This document shows, piece by piece, positions 49,195 through 61,391 of a stretch of 64,000 nt of DNA. Location of the stretch: assembly GCF_046119375.1 (NCBI RefSeq), contig NW_027362773.1:236220001-236284000 (forward strand), read 5' to 3'. How positions within the stretch are numbered: the first letter of the stretch is position 1; each line of letters begins with the position of its first letter. The stretch comes from Phyllobates terribilis (lineage: Eukaryota). Below the pieces are notes generated by a model that did no database searches, was not told the DNA's origin, and saw nothing but the letters and a program-made list of their open reading frames with translations. Made by a program: the position numbers and the translations under genes.

Positions 49195-50582
49195 AGCATC
49201 ATTCTATTAGTCCATCTATACTGACCTCCATAAGGTTGCAAATTGAATATAATTTTTTCTGCATCTACCTCTGAAAAAATATTTGGGCTTCTAGGTGTGT
49301 GTGGGACTTGTTCTATTAGTCCATCTATACTGGGGTTTGCCGCGGAGTGCCACTCACACTAGCTGCTGCAGACACAGGTACGCTATACATCTTTTCTATA
49401 TACAATTTTCTCTAATTGATTGTACGTTGCCCCTTTGGTATGGCTTGTACATATATATTGGATATTTGATATAGATATGGTCAGTATTATAGTACATATA
49501 GTACTTCTATATATGTTGGTTGAATATATTTCTAATATTTGTACCTGTTGTATTACCATTATGTTTTTTGTATTATGCAGCTCATCATGTAAATTTTACT
49601 CTGTGATTTATTTCTGTGTTTTGGACTCTACAATGCGGCCTTCTCTTTGCATGTAGTGCCACTTGTTACCCTTACCTAATAAAGTGATTTATTTAATCCT
49701 TTGTATGATTGGACCTATCATTCGGTGGTTCTCTTTTTTCCATATTAGTCCATCTATACTGACCTCCATCAGGTAGCAAATTGAATATAATTTTTTTCTG
49801 CATCTAGCTCTGTAAAAATATTTGGGCTTCTAGCTCTGTGTGGGACTTGTTCTATTAGTCCATGTATACTGACCTCCATCAGGTTGCAAACTGAATATAA
49901 TTTTTTTCTGCATCTACCTCTGAAAAAATATTTGGGCTTCTAGCTGTGTGTGAGACTTGTTCTATAAGTCCATCTATACTGACCTCCATCAGGTTGCAAA
50001 TTGAATATAATATTTTTCTGCATCTAGCTCTGAAAAAATATTTGGGCTTCTAGCTGTGTGTGGGACTTGTTCTATTAGTCCATCTATACTGACCTCCATC
50101 AGGTTGCAAATTGAATATAATATTTTTCTGCATCTAGCTCTGAAAAAATATTTGGCCTTCTAGCAGTGTGTGGGACTTGTTCTATTAGTCCATCTATACT
50201 GACCTCCATCAGGTTGCAAATTGAATATAATATTTTTCTGCATCTAGCTCTGAAAAAATATTTGGCCTTCTAGCAGTGTGTGGGACTTGTTCTATTAGTC
50301 CATCTATACTGACCTCCATCAGGTTGCAAATTGAATATAATTTTTTTCTGCATCTACCTCTGAAAAAATATTTGGGCTTCTAGCTGTGTGTGGGACTTGT
50401 TCTATTAGTCCATCTATACTGACCTCCATCAGGTTGCAAATTGAATATAATTTTTTTCTGCATCTACCTCTGAAAAAATATTTGGGCTTCTAGCTAAGTG
50501 TGGGACTTGTTCTATTAGTCCATCTATACTGACCTCCATCAGGTTGCAAACTGAATATAATTTTTTTCTGCATCTAACCCAG
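49195..50582. repeat. ~110-bp tandem array (~9 copies) of family B copy 3
   Basis: Period 110 (e.g. 50041 and 50151). Confidence 0.95.
49333..49742 (+). mobile_element. 410-bp insertion with a 19-bp TSD, probably the 3' end of a non-LTR or Penelope-like retroelement
   Basis: TATTAGTCCATCTATACTG at 49314-49332 and 49743-49761; AATAAA near 49677; AT-rich and non-coding. Confidence 0.7.
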
Positions 50583-50692
50583 ACAATAGTTTTGGCCTAA
50601 TGCCACAGTTTGGCCACTAAGCTCTGCTCGGTTCCCATCCATTGATTTTTTGGGCAAACAACTCCAGAGTTGTGAATTAGTGAACCACCAAA

Positions 50693-53049
50693 ATGAGTGG
50701 AAAAAGGCCTGCTGCTGGTGGAAAGGGGAATAGGCGTGTTGGGAAGGGGAAAAAAGGTTGTGTCCGTGGAGTAGGTGTTAAAGCAACAGTAACATCTGCA
50801 GAAGAAAGACCATCTTCCAGCAAAACTAAAATGTCTACTTCTTTTAGCTGACAATGTGATAAGATCCCTTTCTTACGGCCACGCCAATTGCTACAAATTC
50901 CAGATGAGGCAAAAAACAGCAGGTGCTTCAACGGATATCAAGTGCTCCTTTAAGTGGGCTCTCCTCCACATCAACTTCAACATCACAAATACTCCAGTCC
51001 TCAGAGGTGTCACCCCAATCGCACTTGCTTCCTCACAGCTCCCAAATCTCCAGCTGCCCGTCTGAGTATGAGGTAGAACAGATGGTTGAGTCTGCAGAGC
51101 TGTTTACTCATACTATAGCCTGGGAATCAGAGGTCGGCTCCAGTGCTTCTGTGAATCCAGACGAGGAAATGATCTGCACTGATGCCCAGAATCTTTACAA
51201 CAGCCAGCCCTCAGTCCCTCAGATGTGGACAAGTAAAAGACCATTTCCTCCTAGCCATGAGAAGGCTAAGAGGTTGAATTTCACCATCTGCAAGCTCTTG
51301 GCTACAGAAATGCTGCCTTTCCGCCTGGTGGACACAGAGGATTTTCGAGACCTTTTGTCCGTCGCAGTGCCCCAGTACCAGATGCCCAGTCTGCACTACT
51401 TCTCAAAGAAAGGTGTGCCTGCGCTCCACCAGCATGTCGCACACAACATCACCGCTTCTTTGAGAAACTCTGTGTGTGACAGGGTGCATTTCACCACAGA
51501 CACTTGGATGAGTAGGCATGGACAGGGGCGTTACATGTCGCTGACTGGGCACTGGGTAACTATGGTGACAGCAGGACAAGGGGCTGCTGTCCAAGTCTTG
51601 CCGTCCCCACGAGTTGTGCGTCAATCCTCTTTATGTCAAAGTTCCTCCACTGCGTCTGCCTCCTCAACCTCCTCTCGGTCCTCCACCTGCACCCAAAGCC
51701 TGTCTGGTCATGCCACAAGCTTTCTAACTGCGCAGAAGGGATCCTGCAAACCTCCTTACTATGCTGTCAGTAGGACTCAACGTCATCAGGCGGTTTTTAC
51801 TTTGAAATGTCTGCGAAATGTGAGTCACACAGCTGAGGAGTTGTGGTCAGCTCTGGAGAACCAATTTCATGAATGGTTGTCTCCACTTGACCTGAAACCA
51901 GGGAAGGCCGCGTGCGACAATGCTGCAAACCTGGGTGCGGCCCTTCGCCGGGGCAATGTCACACACGTGCCTTGTATGGCTCACGTGTTGAACCTGGTTG
52001 TCCAGCAATTTTTAGCCCACTATCCCAGACTAGATGGCCTTCTGCAGAGGGCACGGTTGCTGTGTGCTCACTTCCGCCGTTCGCATCCCGCAGCTCAGCG
52101 ACTTACAACTCTACAGAAGTCGTTGGGCCTGCCACTTCACCGGCTAAAATGCGATCTGCCTACCCGGTGGATTTCATCTCTGCACATGTTGCAGCAACTG
52201 TGGCAGCACCGACAAGCCCTGGTGCAATACGTTCTGACGTATAGCCTGGGCCATCGGGATCCAGAGGTGGGGCAAATCACGCTGGAGGAGTGGTCTCAGA
52301 TCAGGGACCTATGCACCCTTCTGCACAGTTTTGACATGGCGACGAAGATGTTTAGTGCTGACGATGCCATTATCAGCATGACTATTCCGGTGATTTACAT
52401 GCTGGAGCACATGTTAAACAGAATTCGGAGTCAGGTGGTGGCACAAGAGGAGGTGGAGGAAGTAGAGGAGGAGGAGTTGTATGCGGAAGGGCTAACATCT
52501 GCAAGGTCCAGACGGTCGGCAGCACCAAGGCGGCAGGCATGTGAGGGTGGGGGAGATGGTTTTACCAGGGCGCATGGTAGCAGCCAAACTAGTGAGGAAG
52601 GTGCAGGAGCCCAGGAAGAAGTGGAGGACGAACTGATGGAAGACTCATAAGATGAGGGAGACCTTGATCACATTTCTGTTGTGCGAGGTTGGGGGGAGAG
52701 GACAGAGGAAGGAAGCATGATTGTTATCTCGCCACCAACACAACAGGAACTTGGTGCTCCTGGATGCGCAACACACATGAGTGCCTTCTTGCTGCACTAC
52801 CTGCAACATGACCCTCGAATTGGGAGAATTAGAAATAATCCTGACTACTGGGTTGCCACACTGTTAGATCCCCAGTACAAAAGTAAATTTTCAGAAATAA
52901 TTCCTGCCATAGAAAGGGATGCACGAATGCAGGAGTATCAGCAGAGACTGTTGCAGAATCTTACATGTGCTTTTCCAAAAAACACCAGTGGTGCACGTAG
53001 TGAATCTCACAGTTCCAACTTGCCAACCGTGGGACAGTCAAGTGTTCAG
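50693..53049 (+). pseudogene. Family B transposase copy 3, with an in-frame 909-nt deletion, truncated by insertion
   Basis: ATG at 50693, TGA ~50850, 1-nt deletion ~50910, QNLY fused to NSQPS at ~51198 (BED finger lost), TAA at 52648-52650. Confidence 0.92.
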
Positions 53050-53959
53050 TAGAGATGAGCGTTGTTCTACTCGAACTGTTCGCCAATCTCAAATTCGAGC
53101 TGTTTTGGGCGGTGTTCGAGCCGTTCGGCGAACACGAACAATTTGAGAAAAATTCGGCTGTTCGAGGTTATGTTTGATAACTGTTCGTGCACCAAAATCA
53201 TAACTGGATTTTTTCTCAGTAATGATGAAAATTAATGTTAATACGCAGTTTGAGTGTACAGCGGGGTGGGGGGAGGGGCAGGGGATGGATCTCTGCAGGA
53301 ACAATGAAGATCTCCATTTTTTTTTCTCTTTCCCGCATTTACAGTGGGGAGGTGCAATCTGTCAGCCTATCAGCAGCGCACACACGGAGCGAAGTGCTTT
53401 TTTTCACACAAGCATGGGCATGTGTCATTGGCAGTGTATGTCACATGTCCTTGCCCTATAAGACCAAGCCATTTTCCCCGTCGCCACCATTTTCTCACTG
53501 CTGCAGCTGCGTGTTAGACGGCACCGCTGTTGCTGTGTGCGCTATACCTTGTTAATTTCAAGCCAATTTTCGCAAAAATATACAGAGAGCTTGGGAGTAG
53601 GGAATAGTTGTGATTGCAGTCCTTTTAAGGACTAGGTTACAGCATTTCCTACGACTTTTATCAGGCAGGTCTGTGCTCTTAAATAGATAGGTTGTGGGAG
53701 TAAAGACTAATTGTAATTGGAGTCCTTTTCAGGACTAGGTTACATCAGTTCCTATCAGTTTTTGCCAGGCAGGTCTGTGCCAGTGCTGTGCAAGTTTTTT
53801 TCACAGCATTTGGCTGAATCTAGCAAAGCTAATCCTTTTTGGCCTATTGCAGAGTGTGTTAGTCAGAGAGAAGCCTATCTGTGTTGCAAGATATACCACC
53901 TGTGTATAGAATACCAATTTTTTTACTGCACCTAGTGAAGTAAAATCTTTTGGGCATAG

Positions 53960-55803
53960 CATCATTCTATTAGTCCATCTATACTGACCTCCATCAGGTT
54001 GCAAACTGAATCTAATTTTTTTCTGCATCTAGCTCTGAAAAAATATTTGGCCTTCTAGCAGTGTGTCGGACTTTCTCTATTAGTCCATCTATACTGACCT
54101 CCATCAGGTTGCAAATTCAAAATAATTTTTATCTGCATCTACAGTACCTCTGAAAAAATATTTGGGCTTCTAGCTGTGTGTGGGACTTGTTGTATTAGTC
54201 CATCTATACTGACCTCCATCAGGTTGCAAACTGAATATATTTTTTTCTGCATCTACCTCTGAAAAAATATTGGGCTTCTAGCTGTGTGTGGGACTTGTTG
54301 TATTAGTCCATCTATACTGACCTCCATCAGGTTGCAAACTGAATATCTTTTTTTCTGCATCTACCTCTGAAAAAATATTGGGCTTCTAGCTGTGTGTGGG
54401 ACTTGTTGTATTAGTCCATCTATACTGACCTCCATCAGGTTGCAAACTGAATATAATTTTTTTCTGCATCTAGCTCTGAAAAAATATTTGGCCTTCTAGT
54501 AGTGTGTCGTACTTTCTCTATTAGTCCATCTATACTGATCTCCATCAGGTTGCAAATTAAAAATAATTTTTATCTGCATCTACAGTACCTCTGAAAAAAT
54601 ATTTGGCCTTCTAGCAGTGTGTCGGACTTTCTCTATTAGTCCATCTATACTGACCTCCATCAGGTTGCAAATTCAAAATAATTTTTATCTGCATCTACAG
54701 TACCTCTGAAAAAATATTTGGGCTTCTAGCTGTGTGTGGGACTTGTTGTATTAGTCCATCTATACTGACCTCCATAAGGTTGCAAACTGAATATATTTAT
54801 TTCTGCATCTACCTCTGAAAAAATATTGGGCTTCTAGCTGTGTGTGGGTCTTGTTCTATTAATCCATCTATACAGACCTCCATCAGGTTGCAAACTGAAT
54901 ATAATTTTTTTCTGCATCTAGGTCTGAAAAAATATTTGGCCTTCTAGCAGTGTGTCGGACTTTCTCTATTAGTCCATCTATACTGACCTCCATCAGGTTG
55001 CAAATTCAAAATAATTTTTATCTGCATCTACAGTACCTCTGAAAAAATATTTGGGCTTCTAGCTGTGTGTGGGACTTGTTGTATTAGTCCATCTATACTG
55101 ACCTCCATCAGGTTGCAAACTGAATATATTTCTTTCTGCATCTACCTCTGAAAAAATATTGGGCTTCTAGCTGTGTGTGGGACTTGTTGTATTAGTCCAT
55201 CTATACTGACCTCCATCAGGTTGCAAACTGAATATATTTTTTTCTGCATCTACCTCTGAAAAAATATTGGGCTTCTAGCTGTGTGTGGGACTTGTTGTAT
55301 TAGTCCATCTATACTGACCTCCATCAGGTTGCAAACTGAAAATATTTTTTTCTGCATCTACCTCTGAAAAAATATTGGGCTTCTAGCTGTGTGTGGGTCT
55401 TGTTCTATTAATCCATCTATACAGACCTCCATCAGGTTGCAAACTGAATCTAATTTTTTTCTGCATCTAGCTGTGAAAAAATATTTGGCCTTCTAGCAGT
55501 GTGTCGGACTTTCTCTATTAGTCCATCTATACTGACCTCCATCAGGTTGCAAATTAAAAATAATTTTTATCTGCATCTACAGTACCTCTGAAAAATTATT
55601 TGGGCTTCTAGCTGTGTGTGGGACTTGTTGTATTAGTCCATCTATACTGACCTCCATCAGGTTGCAAACTGAATATATTTTTTTCTGCATCTACCTCTGA
55701 AAAAATATTGGGCTTCTAGCTGTGTGTGGGACTTGTTGTATTAGTCCATCTATACTGACCTCCATCAGGTTGCAAATTGAATATAATTTTTTTCTGCATC
55801 TAA
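53960..55803. repeat. ~110-bp tandem array (~17 copies, 109/110/114-bp variants)
   Basis: TATTAGTCCATCTATACTGACCTCCATCAGGTTGCAAA recurs throughout; array ends ~115 bp before the ATG. Confidence 0.97.
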
Positions 55804-55918
55804 CCCAGCCAATAGTTTTGGCAAAATACCACAGTTTGGCCACTCAGCTCTGCTTGGTTCCCATCCATTGTTTTTTTGTGCAAACAACTCCAGAGTTGTG
55901 AATTAGTTAACCACCAAA

Positions 55919-58900
55919 ATGAGTGGAAAAAGGCCTGCTGCTGGTGGAAAGGGGAATAGGCGTGTTGGGAAGGGGAAAAAAGGTTGTGTCCGTGGGGTAG
56001 GTGTTAAAGCAACAGTAACATCTGCAGAAGAAAGACCATCTTCCAGCCAAACTAAAATGTCTACTTCTTTTAGCGGACAATGTGATAAGATCCCTTTCTT
56101 ACGGCCACGCCAATCGCTACAAATTCCAGATGAGGCACAAAAACAGCAGGTGCTTCAACGGATATCAAGTGCTCCATTAAGTGGGCTCTCCTCCACATCA
56201 ACTTCAACATCACAAATACTCCAGTCCTCAAAGGTGTCACCCAAATCGCACTTGCTTCCTCACAGCTCCCAAATCTCCAGCTGCCTGTCTGAGTATGAGG
56301 TAGAACAGATGGTTGAGTCTGCAGAGCTGTTTACTCATACTATAGCCTGGGAATCAGAGGTCGATTCCAGCGCTTCTGTGAATCCAGACGAGGAAATGAT
56401 CTGCACTGATGCCCAGAATCTTTATGAGTCGGATCCAGGACCAGACGCAGAAGGTTCTGACCATAATGTAGACCCTCATTCCCAAACTGTAACTCCTGTT
56501 GGTGGAGACAATGAGGAAGACGATGATAAGACTCAAATACCTGATTGGAGCGACAACTTTAGTTTTTTGTCAGGGCAGGAAAAGGTTGGCTCTGAGGACG
56601 ACGGGTGTGATAACACACAGGGTGATGATGATGAGGTTAGAGATCCCACTTACTGTCAACCCACAGTCAGCCAAGAGATGAGGTCAGCAGAGGAGGTGGA
56701 GGAAGATGCTAGTGACGACGAGGTCAGGTTGCGCCTTCCTGGACAGAGACGTAATACTGGAAGCACGTCAACAGCTGCATCCTCAAACACAACTCTGCCT
56801 CTCACCACAAGCCGTGGTGGCTCTTCAGGTCGCATGGGTGCTAAGCCTTTCATAGCCTGGGCATTTTTTCAGATCGATAAAGATGACCCAACTCGTGTTA
56901 TCTGTAACATTTGTCAGCAAAAGCTAAGTAGAGGCCAAAAAATACATAGTTTGAGTACTTCATGTATGAACCGGCACATGGACATGAAGCATAAGTTGCA
57001 GTGGGAAGCTCAGTGTGCTACAATGCGGCCTAGCCGGCCGGGCCAACCACCGTCTTCCATATCCTGTGCATCCGCGGCCTCTTCATCCTCTGTGACTGGG
57101 GGGACAGCAGTCACACCTGTTTTGGGGAGCAGACCTGCCACCTCTTTACCCGCAACAGCCAGCGTGATTGGCAGGTCATCATTTTCTTTGGAGGTGGTAA
57201 CACCAGCTGGTGTTGAGCGCTGTCCGACATCGATAGCACCACCTTTGGATCAAGGCAACCTAACATGTCCGCCTGCATCTTCCTCACAGACCGGCAGTTT
57301 GCCGGGGACACCCTTATCAACCCCGTCTAAGCACAATAGCCAGCCCTCGGTCCCTCAGATGTGGACAAGTAAAAGACCATTTCCTCCTAGCCATGAGAAA
57401 GCTAAGAGGTTGAATTTCACCATCTGCAAGCTCTTGGCTACAGAAATGCTGCCTTTCCGCCTGGTGGACACAGAGGATTTTCGAGACCTTATGTCCGTCG
57501 CAGTGCCCCAGTACCAGATGCCCAGTCGGCACTACTTCTCAAAGAAAGGTGTGCCTGCGCTCCACCAGCATGTCGCACACAACATCACCGCTTCTTTGAG
57601 AAACTCTGTGTGTGACAGGGTGCATTTCACCACAGACACTTGGACGAGTAGGCATGGACAGGGGCGTTACATGTCGCTGACTGGGCACTGGGTAACTATG
57701 GTGACAGCAGGACAAGGGGCTGCTGTCCAAGTCTTGCCGTCCCCACGAGTTGTGCGTCAATCCTCTTTATGTCAAAGTTCCTCCACTGCTTCTGCCTCCT
57801 CAACCTCCTCTCGGTCTTCCACCTGCACCCAAAGCCTGTCTGGTCATGCCACAAGCTTTCTAACTGCGCAGAAGGGATCCTGCACACCTCCTTACTATGC
57901 TGGCAGTAGGGCTCAACGTCATCAGGCGGTTTTTACTTTGAAATGTCTGGGAAATGTGAGTCACACAGCTGAGGAGTTGTGGTCAGCTCTGGAGATCCAA
58001 TTTCATGAATGGTTGTCTCCACTGGACCTGAAACCAGGGAAGGCCGTGTGCGACAATGCTGCAAACCTGGGTGCGGCCCTTCGCCGGGGCAATGTCACAC
58101 ACGTGCCTTGTATGGCTCACGTGTTGAACCTGGTTGTCCAGCAATTTTTAGCCCACTATCCCAGACTAGATGGCCTTCTGCAGAGGGCACGGTCGCTGTG
58201 TGCTCACTTCCGCCGTTCGCATCCAGCAGTTCAGCGACTTACATCTCGACAGAAGTCGTTGGGCCTGCCACTTCACCGGCTAAAATGCGATGTGCCTACC
58301 CGGTGGAATTCAACTCTGCACATGTTGCAGCGACTGTGGCAGCACTGACAAGCCCTGGTGCAATACGTTCTGACGTATAGCCTGGGCCAACGAGATTCAG
58401 AGGTGGGGCAAGTCACGCTGGAGGAGTGGTCTCAGATCAGGGACCTATGCACCCTTCTGCACAGTTTTGAAATGGCGACGAAGATGTTTAGTGCTGACGA
58501 TGCCATTATCAGCATGACTATTCCGGTGATTTACATGCTGGAGCACATGTTAAACAGAATTCGGAGTCAGGTGGTGGCACAAGAGGAGGTGGAGGAAGTA
58601 GAGGAGGAGGAGTTGTATGCGGAAGGGCAAACATCTGCAAGGTCCAGACGGTCGGCAGCACCAAGGCGGCAGGCATGTGAGGGTGGGGGAGATGGTTTTA
58701 CCAGGGCGCATGGTAGCAGCCAAACTAGTGAGGAAGGTGCAGGAGCACAGGAAGAAGTGGAGGACGAACTGATGGAAGACTCATCAGATGAGGGAGACCT
58801 TGATCACATTTCTGTTGTGCGAGGTTGGGGGGAGAGGACAGAGGAAGGAAGCATGATTGTTACCTCGCCACCAACACAACAGGGACTTGGTGCTCCTGGA

Positions 58901-59621
58901 TGCGCAACACACATGAGTGCCTTCTTGCTGCACTACCTGCAACATGACCCTCGAATTGTGAGAATTAGAAAATAATCCTGACTACTGGGATGCCACACTG
59001 TTAGATCCCCGGTACAAAAGTAAATTTGCAGAAATTATTCCTGCCATAGAAAGGGATGCACGCATGCAGGAGTATCAGCAGAGACTGTTGCAGAATCTTA
59101 CATGTGCTTTTCCACAAAATACCAGTGGTGCACGTAGTGAATCTCACAGTTCCAACTTGCCAACCGTGGGACCGTCAAGTGTTCAGCACTCAAACCGTAA
59201 CAGAACCACAGTATCTGCTGGTAACATCAATTTTGCGGAATCATTTCACCACTTTTTTAGCCCATCCTTTGCAAGGCCACAGGAGACAAGAAGTCTAACA
59301 CATAGTCAACGCCTAGAGACGATGGTACAGGAGTATCTCCAAGTAAACATTGAAGCCACGACTGTGTCACTGGACCCTTGCTCTTTTTGGGCTTCCAATC
59401 TGGATAAATGGCCGGAGCTAGCCACTTACGCCTTGGAGATCTTGTCATGCCCCGCAGCCAGCGTTCTGTCTGAACGTGTGTTCAGCACTGCTGGTGGTGT
59501 GCTGACAGATAAGCGCACGAGGCTCTCCACTGATAATGTAGACAGACTCACGTTCATAAAGATGAACAAATCATGGATCTGAAACGACTTTTCTACCCCT
59601 GTGTCATCCTGGGGAGAGTAA
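55919..59621 (+). pseudogene. hAT family B transposase, right copy (consensus 1233 aa)
   Basis: 809-aa ORF ends at a premature TGA (58346-58348). There is a +1 frameshift at ~58970 and a TGA at 59580-59582; the natural TAA is at 59619-59621. All hAT motifs are present. Confidence 0.95.
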
Positions 59622-59945
59622 AAGCTTGATGATTGGTTAAAATCACCCTACCAACCGTTTTAAGCTTTCAAATTACTAATCATATTTATCTGTATCTTGA
59701 CTGGAAAATAATTTGGGCTTTGTAGCAGTGTGCAGCACTGATCCTATTAGGCCATCTATAATAAGCTCCACCAGATTTAAAATTAAAAATAATGTTTAGT
59801 TGCATCTAGCCCGGAAAATAATTTTGGGGCTCCGAGATGCGCAAGACACATAAGTGCCTTCTTGCTGCACTACCTGCAGCATGACCCTCATATTGTCAGA
59901 ATTCGAAGTAACCATGACTACTGGGTTGCCACACTCTTAGATCCC

Positions 59946-61320
59946 CCAAACTTTTCGATCAACCTTTTCATTTTAATAAAGACCAAAAAAATGGTCATTT
60001 TTGAAATTATAAGCATTAGCAGGTTTTTTGAAACTGAAATCAAACAGTTTTCAACTCAAAACTTTATTGTAGGTGATGTTACATTTTCACATAGGACCCC
60101 TTGTTCGAAAGGAGCTTCTGAACTCTCTCGTCCATTGAATTTGTCAGGTTTTGGATGGTTTCTGCTTCAATTGTTTTGCATGAAGACAGAATACCCTCCC
60201 AGAGCTGTTGCTTAGATGTAAACTGCCTCCCGCCATCATAGACACTCCTTTTAATGATGCTCCAATGGTTCTGAATGGGGTAGAGGTCAGGGGAGCATGG
60301 GGGTCACACCATAAGTTTGTCCCCTTTTATGCCCATATCAGCCAGAGATGCAGATGTTTTATGTGCAGCATGAGATGGTGCATGGTCATGCAGAAAAATG
60401 ATCTTGCTGTGAAATACACGGTTCTTCTTCTTGAACCATGGCAGGAAGTGCTGTTTGAGAAAATCCACATACATTATGGAGTTCATCTTTAGCGCCTTCA
60501 GGGGTCCTAAAGGGGCCGACAATCTCTCTCCCCATGATTCCAGCCCAAAACATTACTCCACCTCCTCCTTGTTGGCGCTGTAGCCGTGTTTGCGTGGGGT
60601 GTCCATCAACCAGCCATCCTCCACTCCATCCATCTGGACCATCGAGCGCTGCACGGCACTCATCCGTGAACAAAACAGTTTTGAAATCAGTCTTCATGTA
60701 ATGTTTGGCCCACTGGAGCCGTTTCTGCTTGTGTGAAGTGGATAGAGGAGGTCGACAGGATGGCGTATGCACAGCTGCAAACCTCTGAAGGACCCTGCAT
60801 CTTGTTGTTCGGGGGACGTTTGAGGCACCAGCAGCTTCAAAAACTTGTCTGCTGCTATGACAAGGCTTTCTTGCCGCTGCTCTTTTAACCTGACGTAATT
60901 GCCTGTAGGAAAGAGTCCTCAATTTGCCTTTATCAGCACGCACACGTGTGTACTGTGAATCAGCTACATACTTCTTGATTGCCAAGACACTTCATCCTGA
61001 TCATCGCACAATGTTGATTGTAGTCATGCCTTGACCTAAACACTCCACAATTTGTTGCTTCTCAGCAGCCGACACATCCTTTTTCTTTCCCATTTTGGCA
61101 GAAAATGTAGGCTGCTTAATAATGTGAGAAAGCCTTCTTAAGTAGTCTTGCCTTTTATTGGACACACCTGCCAAACTAATTAGCACAGGTGTCTGCAATT
61201 GCTTACAGTGATATAAAGAGCCCTGACACACATCACCATCAATGAGTTTAACTGACAAACAAACAAATTCTTCCCTTATCACTCCTAAACACTTTTTGCA
61301 TAATAATTTGGAACGCAGTG
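59946..61320 (-). mobile_element. Tc1 element, cargo copy 2 (defective)
   Basis: TIR ...ATAATAATTTGGAACGCAGTG followed by TA at 61321. Transposase ORFs 60386-60985 and 60304-60522 carry the same lesions as 10481-11856. Confidence 0.92.
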
Positions 61321-61391
61321 TACATGTGCTTTTCCACAAAACACCAGTGGTTCACGTAGTGAATCTTACAGTTCTAACTTGCCAACCGTGG

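Larger units (their letters stand above)
48300..53049 (+). mobile_element. hAT family B copy 3 (5' TIR at 48300), inserted in the 52-bp array and interrupted at 53050
   Basis: TAGAGATGAG at 48300; 48300-49200 closely matches 53050-53960; left flank ATATTAAT. Confidence 0.9.
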
